64,000 bases of DNA, from contig OZ076409.1 in NCBI GenBank assembly GCA_964187785.1, positions 57,910,001-57,974,000 on the forward strand, read 5' to 3'. The notes beneath the pieces were generated by a model. The model was not told the DNA's origin. It was given only the letters and a program-made list of their open reading frames with translations, and ran no database searches. The position numbers and the translations under genes are program-made. Positions within the stretch are counted from its first letter, which is position 1; each line of letters begins with the position of its first letter. Source of the DNA: Amphiscolops sp. MND2022 (lineage: Eukaryota). This document shows, piece by piece, positions 12,201 to 25,380 of this stretch.

Positions 12201-15200
12201 TTTCCACCAATGACGCGAAATTAATTCCGATTGTTATCAATCCGTATCTAGAAGAATCGAAAATATTCCAATTTCATGAACAAAAACAGTTGCACAAAAG
12301 TTATGAAACTTAACTGATTAGGTCGTGTTGAAAAATATATCGGGAAAAATTTACCTCATTCAGAAAACAGTTACTTATAGGTGGCAAGCAACTAGTGTGA
12401 GTTGAATGGAAAATAAGAATGATTTTTTCACACAGATTTTTTTCTTTTGGCTAATAAGAAGTTGCGAGTGAAGGGATCAATTTTGTTTTTCCCGTTGATT
12501 CTACCCTGCGAAAGGAGCAATTCCAGGACTACTTTAATTTACTTCCCGGCTTGATTCCTGGGCCAACTTTTCCCGCGTAACTGTTACGGATGAAGCAATT
12601 AAAAGGGTATTGGATTGCATCAAAGCACCCCCAGTCTTAACCTGTCCTGGCAAGCCGTTAATATTCTCTTTAAGGTAAAAAATACTTAAAACAACTTCCC
12701 ACCTCAACTCCCAAGAAGGTGGCGCAAACAAAAAATCCCTTTTTCACTTTTCTCGCAACTTTTTCCAACCCACAAATACAAATTCCGACCTCAAAGAATT
12801 TCCGAAAATCATACAATGATTTTCAACATGACTAGAAATTCACGTTTCAGAGCATTTTTTAACTACTATTTTAATTTTTTTTTTCAAACGAGGAAAAAAG
12901 ATCTTTGACTCTTGGTCTGAAAAAGTCGAGTGATGACTAAAAACGAAACTTGAAAACAACTCAAGAGGAGCTTCATTTTTGTTTGATTTTACAAGAATTC
13001 AACGTGAATACAAATTTATTAGGTATGACAAAAGTTATAATTAATCTTCATAGCATAGTGACGCTTCAAAATTGCTGAAGTTTTCCTCTTCTGCCCAAAA
13101 CAGCGTCTTTGTGTCGCCAAAAATTAAGTTTTGAATTAGGAGATTACAAAAATGCTGAATTTGTAGAAATTGTGCTTCTGGGCGCTCGCTTCAAACCGAA
13201 CTTTCAGGTGAGAAGTTGTTTTTCAAAGCTTCCGATGAAAAGCAACTGAGTCCAAATTGTTTAAAAATTAATTTGAGATCAAACAGTAACTTCCGCAAAT
13301 CAGAAATTCAATTTATTGAAGCATTCTTTCAAGTCATTCCATATAAAATGTATTGAAATAATTTCCCTTCAGCTACCAGATCTTAACTACTGAAGACATT
13401 CTCATAGCAAGAGCGAAAGAAACAGTATAATTCAAGGACTAGGGTCCAATATTGACCTAATTTCTTTCTTCACTTTTCAAGATTTTCAAATTTTACCACC
13501 ATTTTCACCATCAATTACGCGAAAATCGCTGCAAAGTTCACTGGATGTTTACTTTCAGTATGAAAAACTAATTTATAAAAGGTCTGCTTAAAAAAATGTA
13601 GAACCGTAACTATTTTTTTTCTATTTGTATAATTTTTAATATTACAAGCGGAATTAACGTTGTCAAAAAATGTTCTAGGGTGTGATATCTCGAAGGGAGG
13701 GGTGGGATAATATGGGAAATGGGGCTGTGCGGGAAGGAAAGGTGGGGTGTGGGAATATTTTTGGAGGGGTTTTTGGTAAACAAGTTAATTGGGCAAACAG
13801 CAGCTAAGAATTAAGTAAAGTGATTTTCTAATTGCTTTTATGTTATGGTCGTCTCGTACACTTGAATTACACGCCGGCTGTTTTTGATATTTGAAAAATC
13901 ATTGAGAGGCTTTCAGACAAATTCCATTTAAAAACTTTTCCTTTTAACTGATGCACTTTTTACTTTCCAGGTCGCTTTTATCTGCCTTGAGAGAAGACAA
14001 TGGAGCGTAACCCATTAAAATGCACTCAATCACTGCAAAACAAGTTCAACGCGGCAACTGCTGTGGATATGACGAAATGACCAAATAAATCTAAATCTAC
14101 CCCAACACAATTTACCCATAAAATACAAACCCCCTTGAAACTCTACTTGGCACTCCATTCAATTTTACATCGATCAAATTAGTATACTTGAAAATTCTCG
14201 CCGCTCAAAAATTCTCACTGAAAAAGACACTTGAAAGCCAAATTAATATTTTCCTCGAAAGCCTGTCTTTGAAATGTGAAGCAACTGCATAAAAGAGAAT
14301 GAAAAGACCAAAAAGTCAAGTGCTCGTTAAAGAAAATATTAAATGATTACCATTGATGGGAATTTTGCATTTGGTCCATTTCAGCAGAATTTCTCCCGGT
14401 GTAAAGCAGGGCTAATAGAATAAAATGCAATTTTGGATTGACGATGATTAGAATTTCTAGAATCTTTAGTGGAATTTTTCAAGTTTTTGTTCTGTCAAAA
14501 ATAGGCAGTCTAGAAACCAAAATCGCATATAAACTGTAGCTAATTGTGCAAAATCAGAAATTTGGGTCTAGTTAATTTCAACTGAAATTGATGGAATTAG
14601 TTGCTCTTAGTGAATGGTCACTTGAAAAAAGAGTAGTCAGAATCTCAATGATAAATGCGCAATTTTGATGAAATTCAAAAAGCAAAAGGAATTTTAGAAC
14701 CTGGCTGCTGGTTTCTCATTTCAATTGATGTTCAAATGGAATTGAAACCTTTAAAGTATCAACATTCAGTGCGAATTAGCGTTATATCTTTCATTGAGCT
14801 GTCAATTCACTTTTGAAATAAGGAACAAAGTCCTTTGTAACATTTTTGGGTCATTTTTCCACTTCGTGTAAAACTGCTTGATTTGTCTTCTTGATCTTTT
14901 GCGATTCAGACCAAAAGGCAAAAAAGTTTTATACTAATTCTATGAAAACAACTTCGGTTGCCACAAGAAATCAAGACTATCGGAACTGATTTAGGTGGAA
15001 CCTACCTGCAAGTTGCTTGAGCTTCTAGGAAACGTCCAGGGATTGATACTAGCGCTACAAATTCCAATTGCACGCAAGAAAAAATAATTAGCTACTTTCA
15101 ATTAACTAAATTACGCTTACAATTTCATTCAACTCTTCTATTTCTGTTTAATTTTACTGCTGACTACAAACGTGACTGATACGACGTTTTACTTTTCAAG

Positions 15201-18200
15201 TTTCGCCGGCTTTTCATATAAATTCATCATCAATCTATAGCATACATTTTTGCATCAGATAATATTAATTGTTGATTCCCGAGAGTTATTTCGGACTCTA
15301 CCCCGGAATTATTTTCGGGGGTTCCCAAAAATTTGAGCTGTTTTTTCATTAAAGGTCCGAATCGGAAGAAAAAAGAGCTAAAAACAACGCATCAAGGAGT
15401 ACATTAAAGAAAACGCATCAAAAATGGTCACGCTTCGGTTAATATTATATTCAGAAATCCATAGAAGCGTAAATTAATGCTTCACAAATGAAGAGCTTCG
15501 CCTATAAACTGAAAATGTCTAAAACCAATTTTCCAACGAGCAAGCAAAATTTTCATCCCTTGATCTTGCAAAAAGCAACAACTCACCAAGAACCACATCA
15601 AACACACGTTGTTAGCCAAAACACAACTATTTTCCAGCAGCCAAACTTTTCTCCCTCTAATAAACGTAATTAATACATTTTTTTTCAAAAATTCCTCATT
15701 CTCTAGATTCATGCTGTTTGTTACTTAAGTAAAAACTTACACCAAATGGCAAATAATTTTGCGCAATTTTATTCGAGTGTCAGTACAAGTAGCACAATTT
15801 ATATTTTCATGACTTTATGACGAATAGTTTTAGGGGTGAATTAATAAAGAGGAGTTTCAAGTAATTCTGACAGCTGCCTAAGAGAGACAAAGAGGGGTCA
15901 TTATCATTGATGGGAAGAGTTCAGGAGATAATTTTGCACAGATGGTCTTCTCATTTCTCGAGACCGTAGTACAAAAAGTATCACTTAAAGGCTGGAAAAT
16001 TTTACGGAAGATGTGACCAGTATCCAAACAAAAAGAACACGATCGGACTATCTGCCAGTTTCATACTTTATCTTAATACATCAAAACATCTTATTCAACG
16101 TGATTGAGATTACATCAATAAACTGATTGATATTTTTCTCACGACAAATTAAACGTTTCAGCGCTGCAAAAGGGGTTTTCAGTCAGGAAACATATTTATA
16201 TGACCCATGATATTAAGGGCTCTTGGGTCTCGATGTTCGATTAGAATCAAATTCCAGAGAAAAAAATCTATGATGAAATAAAGATTTCAAGAGATTGATT
16301 GATCCTCGACTCTGAGAGACATTTCTATGCTGTGAATTGCTCTGGATTCTCTGGAAGAGATTGCTGGACAGCAGTGCTGAGTTGTTGAGATCTAATGAAG
16401 GACTACAAAAGAGTGGAAAGACTAAAGAGCGACTGAGGAGCGGGGTTAGGGGGGTAGATTAGTGAGACAAGACAGGCGAGATAGAGAAGGGACAAGGACA
16501 ATTAAGATAATACAGGTTTTGTAGCTCAATCAGATAATGGCTGCTGCTAGTAACATCAGAGAGTCTTTCATGTTTCTTTTCCAGTTGGATAATCCAGTAT
16601 AAACACAGTTTTGAGGTTTTCACAGTTGCCTCTATCGAGTCCTTAACACAACTATTGAATGCAATCAATTCTTGTCAACTGCTCACAGAACTGTCGTATA
16701 ACCTGCTTGTTATTCTTTTGAAAGGCGATTTTTATGAAGTCCTAGCTTAACATCAAACGTCAGCCTGGCTCCTACCTTCAGATGTCGGAACATCAAAACA
16801 AGAACAAGAAAATTCAAGTTTCGTTACCCTTAAATCAATCAATAACCAACTCAGCTACAAATACACGTTTCTCAATAACCACAGTTATATACTCTCATAT
16901 ACATATAACACCGTCACCGCCGCCGCAATTGTAGCCCCTCTCAATTTATGGACACCCTATATTGCAAGCGACTTGATTGAAAGCTTACCTTCTTTCAACT
17001 ATCGCTTTTCACCCATATCAAAAGAAACCCTGTACTTAGCTTAATTTCTTCAGTTTCAACTACTAAAGAAAACAAAACTCGGCTTAATTCGCTCAAATAA
17101 TGAAAAAATTAATCAACGCCGCGCCGCTACTGACCAATAGATCTGGAATTAGCTCTATTCAACCAAATTTCCCCGCTCCCTGGGCACAGTACAGTGCAAA
17201 CCAAAACTGATAATTTTGGAAAGAAACTTCAAACGCCAATCTAGGAAACAGTTAAAAGAAACACCAATTTGATAAATTCATATCTGAGAATTAGTAGCAA
17301 TTAGACAAACACTAGCCTTTAGTTTGAAAAGTATGATTAAACCATTTGTGGCAGAAAGTTGCGAAAAAGAAAACAACAGGCATTGAAAAATGTTGAAAAA
17401 GCTTGGAATTCTTTAGATTTTCAGAAAAGAGAGCGTTCAAAAAAGTGTTTGTGGGAAAAGAGATGAAAGCTGATTGAAATAATTTGTACATCCGAGAAAA
17501 AGGAAAGGAGAATGACTACAAGGATATCATAAAAACGGCACCGGAACGGGAATAAATTATGAACAAGAGATGAAAAGATTTGACAACTTCCGCATTAAGT
17601 TTTTGATCACATAGCTTTTGGAATTTCTCAACATCCGGTAACAAGTAGAATGAAGGTGACCGACTTTTTAGTTATGAATGTTTGATAAAGCACTTTTGAT
17701 AAAGGCTCCTTTGAGTCGTTACTTCCAAAAATTAATCCTGTTAATATCTTTGTTCTCTCCCAACCAGAAATACAGACAACTTGTCTTTAGATGTTAATAA
17801 CGGCTTACTGAAAAATATACCAACTTTTGCAAATTCTCAAACAAAATGAAAGCCCGCATCTAGGAACCTAACAAATGCGATCAAGAGGTTGTGATTTATG
17901 AAATTAAAGAACTGAATTAATAGTTTTATTTTACGATTTCATGATTTTAAAAGTTTGAAAATGGGAATTTGAAACCTTCCGTGAAATTTTGTCCAAGAAA
18001 TTTGTAAAGAAATACTCTACACCGAAAGGGCAACAATAAGTTTGAAACTTTAATTGTTGGCAACAAGATGTTTGTAAAAATTGTCAAAAGAGATGGTTGA
18101 AAAGTTTTTCTAGCAGAAAAACTTCGGAAAAAAATAGAGAAAGTAAGATTTTGTTTTCAATTTGTTTATTGCTGGGGGAAATTGTCGGTTGACGAATTTA

Positions 18201-21200
18201 AGAAGGGACAATTTTTGTTAATGTTAGGCCAGCTTACCTGCGAGAAATCTGGTCGTTAAGTAAACTGGGAGACGAAATTTTTTGTAGTTAAGCAATTGTG
18301 CTTACAGCAGCTTTGTATGTGGCTGTCAGTACTTTGAGCCAAAGGCTATTTGCGCTTTTACTGTTAAACAATTTTTGCCTGGGACAAAGGGCGATCAAAA
18401 TTTGGAGAAAAGTTCAAACAGAAATCAAAGAAAGCCTCTTTCGTTTGAAGCTTCGCTGACATTAAGTGCTCGTGGCTCTGTGTTATTGTCAATCACGCCA
18501 ACATTGTCGAAATATTCGCATCAAAAGAAGTCACAAATTAGAAGAAGACCACCAGACCAGAAGAGAGCAGAGTCAGCAGCCACAGTTGCAAATGAGACCA
18601 AAAAGAAACCAGAACTGATCTGAGGAGCCAACACAAGAGCCCAGTCATACAAGCACTGTTGTATATGTTCTCTATACCCTCATACACTGTACTATTTTAT
18701 AAGCACCCTGCCTAGTAAAAACAAGAAGGGTCCGTGGGACAACAAATTGCTAAATAATATACCTGTCCGATGTGAGAAGATGCCAATTGCGCCGTAAATG
18801 AAGTGTTCTCACGTTCACAGAGGCAAAAAAATGGAAATCAAACAATTGGTCTGTTTTGGGACATGAAAACGCTGACACGTTTTGCAATTTTCGTTTTTTC
18901 TAAAGAATATCCAGTGTGAGTGATTTTTTTGATGAAATAAAGTTATTAACTGTTTCATATCAGTTTCATATTAATATCATCTGAAATTCAATTAAACCCA
19001 TGTTATTTTTGTTGAACATGTTTACTTCGTGGTCCATTGTCAACAGGAGAGTTGAAAACTGCAAAAAATTTTCCCAACTCTGGACATGGTTATTATTAAG
19101 GTTAGAAGAACCCTGAACCAATACGTTTAATTGAGAGTCAATCTTACACTGGAAAAGTCGAAAAGTTCTTAATATTAAAATGACAGAAAATCTCATTAAA
19201 CCACAAAAATTTATATTTGCTCGTGTTTCGGAGTTCTAATGCTGCAACATTCTTCGTTTGTGTTTTCTAACGAGCGCCTTCAATTCTCAATGGTCAATAT
19301 TGTCATTTTCATGAAAAAACTATTTTTAGGAAAGTTCCCGACCGCGGTAGCCCCTACCCTCGTAATTATGCACTACAAAGTTTTTTATAACTTTTCATCC
19401 AAAATGAATCTCACAACAGGTTGAAGGGAAAAATATTTATTTCTTCATAACTTAAATAATCATTTTTAACTAAATTTGATTGTTTTTCTGCTCCACTGAC
19501 GCAACATATCATCAACCCATGACATCCCGATGAAGAAAAAATATATGCAACATTTATTTTATTGAAATTAGTTTCCCTTGCTATACGCAGGCGATGCAGG
19601 ACTAATGAGCATATAAATTTTCCAGTTTTGAAAAAGAAAGGAAATGCTTTGGTTGTGATGAAAAATTGTCAACACTATCTTTTCCTTAATTAAGATATTC
19701 CTGGCCTCCAGGGATGGGAGAAAAGTCGCTGTGGAAAACGCGGGAAAACATTACTCCCCAATTAAGGGGCGTCTATTCGGCGGCACCCAAGATTAATACC
19801 TCTGCTAACAATACCAAAACTTTTTACCCCTTTAATCTCTCAATACACAATAATTTGGCACTCCTTGAAAAACAATACATGAAATACGAAATTAGCTTTC
19901 ATCATTCAAAAACATTAAAATGAGCAGATTCTTAGTTTAATTCAAACAGTTCCCACAAAATATTTGCGTTCATAAATTTTTACAGTTCTACTGAAATGTA
20001 AGATCAAATAAAAATGTTATGTAGTAACCAAAAGCTGTACAATAAGAGTTGGCATAAGAGCTGCTTGAATTCGTTTTTTATATCCAATACTAACCATTTG
20101 TAGTTACGAAAAACTATTGAGTTCCACTTAAGAGGCAACCAGCTACTCCGAGAAAGATCAGATAACAAGATCTACGATATTTACTAACCAAACACAACCC
20201 CAGACGTTGGATGATGTGTTTACAAATGTTAGCTTGTTAGCAAGTCCTCGAAAACCTCAACAACCTTCTGGTGAACGCAAAAATAGCTAATTCTTGAAAA
20301 TTGCCCCTCGCGAATTGAAAAACGAGCCGAACGGGTGTTACAACACAAAAACCATTTTTAGTCTTTTGCATATGCTCAATATAGACCCTAGTCAATAGCT
20401 GGACTTTTAACACCAATTTTACAAACTTTTGTAAATGAATCTTTGCAAATGTATTTTGAGAAGAATGAAAGATCATTGTGCAGAATATTTACCAAACATT
20501 TGAGTCTTCCCCATAAAATCAGAATATTTCCCACAAAGATTTTCCGCGAACGAGAAACTTCCTTGAGGAAATTCATTGTTTTGATGAACATAAGATCCTA
20601 AAACTTGTACTTTTTCGAAACTTTTTGGAATTAGATGAGGAAAAGAACAGACAAGAGATTCACAAATAAACCACTAAAACATTGTTAGATCTACGAAAAT
20701 GCCATAGCTTTCAATATATAACAACCCGAGTTTTTAAAAAAAAAAAACTCAATCAAGTTATGAATTTAGTTAAAACATACCAAGTATTTTTTGGCCTCAT
20801 AATTATTATCGAAATTAAAGTAAGTTAATTCTGAGGAATCCCCTAAGAAAAACCCGTTACCCACTAAAATTGAATGACAGCTGTTAAAATATGACAAAAT
20901 TGAAGTTTGGTTGAATTAAAGCCAGAAAAATGAAAGGACAATTGCTGAGTTAATTTAACTTTTAAAGATTCCCAAGAAATCAAACGAACAAATGCGCTAT
21001 TTTTCTATTACATAGAAAGAAAATTCCATTTTGAAGTGTTTTTGATCGCAAATGACAAAATATAAGTTGTTTAAAGATTGACAGAATTTCTGGAGACAAA
21101 ATTGTTGCGAGCGTGTCAAAAAAAGCAAGATTGAGCTACAAAAGAGAAACAATTAAGATGTTTGTTTTGTAGTTTTAAGTAGCTCCGGTGACTCGAATCT

Positions 21201-22090
21201 TGAATGAATCTGTACAGGAGCTGACGAATCACTTTTAAAACTCCTCGAACCAATTAGCTAGACTTTTCAGAAGAAAGTGCAGTTGCTTTATCTCAAGTGT
21301 TTCGGTAGAGAGTCGCCCTACTGTTAGGTGAAAAGGTTTTCGGTAAAAAACTAGTTAAAAGCTAATTAAACGAAGTCATATAAGATTAAAATTTCCAGGC
21401 AAAGGTGTATTTGGTGAACCTTACGAAAAACTGGTTACCTGGAAATTTATTGAAGTCAGTTTTTTACGATTAAAAAAACTCAAATTTTCACTTGAGTTTA
21501 GTGGCGTTTGGATGGAACAAAAAATCAGAATGACCTATTGAAACGAAAACGAAGTGATTCCAAATAAAATAAAAGGGAACTCTTCCGACATACAAAAAAG
21601 CGTTTCACGAACTGAAAATAAAAAACTGAAGAGAAATTCTGAGAAAAAAAATCGCACATTGCCGAAAATAAACTTCAGGGGGGATCTTTTGAGCTTATAT
21701 AGCTTTGCAATTCAACTAAAATTGGTAACTATTCAAACGGTAGGACCCTTTGGACTGATCGGTCTTCTTTAGATCTTAGACTCAACGTCTGTTAAAAAGT
21801 TGACACATTCAGAATGACCCTAAGGTCTCGTGAAAAAACTAGCCAATGTAATAGTAATGGACTTTTTGTTCCAAAGATCCGATTGAAAATTATTCAAGAA
21901 TAGTCAACTAAATACCGTTTACCTTTTATGGTGGCTACTTTTCATCAATTTTATGATCTGTTAAAGTTCTGACTTCAAAAATGTCTCAAGTGCAATAACA
22001 TTATCTCAAGTTTCACACAGTTTAAGTTTTGGGTGACTCACTTCAATCAAGTTATGCCAAAATATAAGCATCCTTCAATCGAAATTCAAC

Positions 22091-22159
22091 AACGAAAGCA
22101 GAATAATTTTTAAAACGAAAGCAGAATAATTTTTAAAACGAAAGCAGAATAATTTTTAA
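22091..22159. repeat. Tandem repeat, 3 x 23 bp (AACGAAAGCAGAATAATTTTTAA)
   Basis: Read directly from the sequence. Confidence 0.9.
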
Positions 22160-23662
22160 AAAGTATTATTTTTAATGGGAAAAATAGTGAAAGGAAAAAA
22201 ATGACAACAAGTTTGGGTGCAAAGTTAGTCATCATTTCTCGAGATCACTAGAAAACAATTCTGTTACATTGAGTTTTAAATTATTTCACATCCTATCTTT
22301 TTGGAATATAACTAGCGATACATTATGAATTAGTAACTTCGAAGTTTTTTCTTTCTTTACGAGTGAACTTCAAACTCAAAAGAGCACACCAGAGACTTCA
22401 ATAGCGTTGAAGTTTGTTTGAAATCTGCTTTTTGAGTGAAATGACAACGAAATTTCTAAAAACGTACTTTAATTTACCGAGAAAAGAAGTACACAACGCT
22501 ACTGCAGCATACATTTAAAACGTAAAGAAATGAAAATTGAATGAGTCCTTAGTCCGCTGTAGATTTCAGAAATGAAATCGCCCAAACTTATGGACACTTG
22601 AAGACCAGAAAACTAGAGCAAAAGCCAGAAAAAACATTTAAAAATTTTGAAGTTTCTCAAAACTTTTTTTCCTGCTCATTGCTAACTTCCGTATCATTAA
22701 ATGTGATGCTCTCCAAAGTACAACGGTATAAGTTGTAGTTTTCAAAAAACTGAAAAATATAGTTACTGGAGAAAAATAAGAGCGTCGGGGATTTGAATAT
22801 TAGCAGGGAAAATTCGCAAAATTATTGAGATTGAATGAAATTGAAAATGCAATGCCTCTCACCTAGAAATGATTAAAAAGAACGTCCAGCTTGGATGAGA
22901 AAATTTATATTTTGAATTGAGCAGTTGCCGAACTGACCGAAGTTGCCGAGAATAATGAAGTGGTTGATTTGATGTAGCGTGTTTGAAATTTTGCAATGCA
23001 AGAGCCGAGAAGTTGCTTTTTAGTTTTATCCTTCAAAGCGAACCTCACTTCCGGCTCTGAAATTGTAAATTGGCTTTGGGCGCTTTTGGTTTCATGTTCT
23101 TAAGAAGTAATACAGAACTAAGCGAATTGTTGCGGGCCAAAATTGTTTGGGTAATCATGACCGCCGGTTGTTTCTACGTTTCAACAACGTTGGGTATCCA
23201 GAAGGGTCGCCGGATGCAATGTTCAATCTCAATTGGCCAAGCTGGATAAATTAAAGAGGAAAAGATTCTGGCTTTTGCAAAACCATTCAGCCAATTTTTG
23301 ACCAATAGTGACCAATGAAAGTTTTCCAATTCGAGGAAGTGCGCACCGAGAATGGAATTGATGAGAGATGGGAATATAATCGTCAAAAACGTGGAGTTCT
23401 GTAAATTTACAGTTAATGAAACAGAGTATTTTGCTCAAAAAATTGTATTGCGCAGAAAATTCTTTGGAAACAAATGCAAAGTAAATTTACAAAACCAAAA
23501 TGTTTTTATTCACTTTCTCACTTTCATCTTTTGCACCGCATAACGAACCTACTTTATAACTAAAACTTTCGGAAGACTCACAAAATGAATAAATGAATAA
23601 ACTAAACTTTTATAGCTGAAAAAGGTGTTCTCTGAATTTGAATAGATTAGAGTCGAACTAAC

Positions 23663-23790
23663 AGCAAAGGGGGACCCGGATCCGAAGTACAAGCCAGACT
23701 CCCTCGTGAAGTAGTCCAGAGGTAGGCCGGACGGGTGTGTCGCCCCTGAATGAACATCTGAGTGAGGTTTATCTCCCAGTCGTCGGGATC
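23663..23790 (-). CDS. TCF/LEF: TCF/LEF coding exon 3 (GSRRLGDKPH...GSPFA)
   Basis: Acceptor tttttcacag, donor GTTAGT. Phase 1 in, phase 0 out, fitting its neighbours. Confidence 0.65.
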
Positions 23791-23878
23791 CTGTGAAAAA
23801 GTACGCATGTTGAAAAAACAACATTCCAACAACCAATTTTTCAAAGAGGGAAATGAAGAAGCTTATTCAAACTTGTAC

Positions 23879-23951
23879 CTGCTGAATTTTCCATGTTTTT
23901 GTCGTTGCCTTCCATTGTGAGGTTTCTTCTTTCGGGGCCAGATTTGATTAG
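23879..23951 (-). CDS. TCF/LEF: TCF/LEF coding exon 2 (LIKSGPERRNLTMEGNDKNMENSA-G)
   Basis: Acceptor cttttcag, donor GTACAA. 73 nt, needed to reconcile the phases of exons 1 and 3. Confidence 0.6.
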
Positions 23952-24171
23952 CTGAAAAGTTAAGACTTTCTTCCAACCTTGTCACTTTATTTTCCGAAGG
24001 GAAAGATCACAAAAACTTCGATTATTGCACATCAAAAACTTTTCAAGTAATTAAAGTCGCCTTTGTAACTGTTCCTTTGAAGGCCTTTGAAATTCTCTGA
24101 AGTTTCAAAGTGGTTGTTTTTGAACTTTTTGGTGTTGAAAAGGGAAAAAAGTATTTTTAGAAAAGACTCAC

Positions 24172-24594
24172 AGGATTGTTGTTGTTGAGGTGATTATTGT
24201 TGTTGTTTGCATTAGCACCGTAATGGGACGTGGGTTCATTCACGAGACTGCACTTGATATCTTGCAGGGTATCTGCTGAGGCTGCGTGTGGAAGTTCTTC
24301 GACTGCGTAACTTGTTTCTCCCTCGTCCTTGTAGCTGATCACCTCATCCCCGTACCCCATGTCCTCGTTGTCTGACCCCCCGGAATTGACCTGTTGACCT
24401 CCCTGCTGCTGACCCTGCTGGGTCGGGGAGGATGGACTCTGATCTGGCTGCTGCTGGGCACTGGACGCAGAACGGGATTGGCCCCTCGAGTTGGATCCGG
24501 GTCTCTGGTTGGCGGAGGTGCTGTTGTTTGAGCCAGGGGTTCCAGAAGGTAGTTGACCTACAGAGCCAGAGTTTGAACACATCTCTGGCATCAT
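24172..24594 (-). CDS. TCF/LEF: TCF/LEF coding exon 1 with the beta-catenin-binding domain
   Basis: EDMGYGDEVISYKDEGE...DTLQDIKCSLVNE matches the TCF consensus DxLGxxDExxxFKDEGE...LxDxKSSLVNE. Donor GTGAGT at 24171. Confidence 0.9.
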
Positions 24595-25029
24595 TCACTG
24601 CCGGATATTTCGGGATCAAACAAAAGGTCAAAAACTGGAAGATGGATGATGGAGTTTAGCTTGTTTTTGCTGCTTTTATTCTTGTTTTGTCGTTATTTTT
24701 GTGTTTGTTGTTTTCGGTCTTTGACCAGAAGTGTTTGGGCTTTATGGTCAAAGTAGACGACAACAGCAACAAGCGGTGGGCGGGTGAATGTAGGTAGTAG
24801 TATTTGAGGTAGTGGTTATAGAAGTACTACATGTAGTTCCAGAGGTGGATGTTATAAGAAGTAATTAAGCTTTAGAGTTCACAATCTTTAGATGAGAATG
24901 ACTTGTTCCAGTGTGACAGCAATTGAAAGGGACTTGATATTTGTGGATTGTTGTTGGCAAGCAAGCCAGAGTTTTTATGAAAAAATGAAGGAAGGAGCTA
25001 GTAGCGAGTGTCTTCGTTGTTCCTGTGCC

Positions 25030-25380
25030 GTGGTGGCGGTGGCGGCGGCGGCCGGCGGTTGTCTTGGTCGTCAATGTGTACAAATTAGCCAACAGTGTAC
25101 AACTTGAGAAATTGCTTCTCTGCTTGCTCTCGCGGTAGTGCAATAACTTGGAATAAAGATCAAAGAGCCAGCCGCTATGACACAAATACTTCAAAGCAGT
25201 TTACCGCCGCTGGCCGATTACGAGAATAAGACGAGCTACGTTATTATTACAATACATACACAACTGCTTTAAGATCTTTTCATTCGATTAGACCTACAGT
25301 TGACTTGATTTACAACCAATAAGAAGTAAGAGACCGAACAGGCTGAAGCAGCTCTAAGCCTCTGAAAAGCGCCGCCACAC
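25030..25380. promoter_or_regulatory. Candidate Wnt-response element: TCF site AGATCAAAG plus several RCCGCCR Helper-like sites upstream of the TCF ATG
   Basis: AGATCAAAG at 25157-25165, ACCGCCG at 25203-25209, GCCGCCA at 25371-25377, and a reverse-strand GCCGCC cluster at ~25033-25060. Confidence 0.35.
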
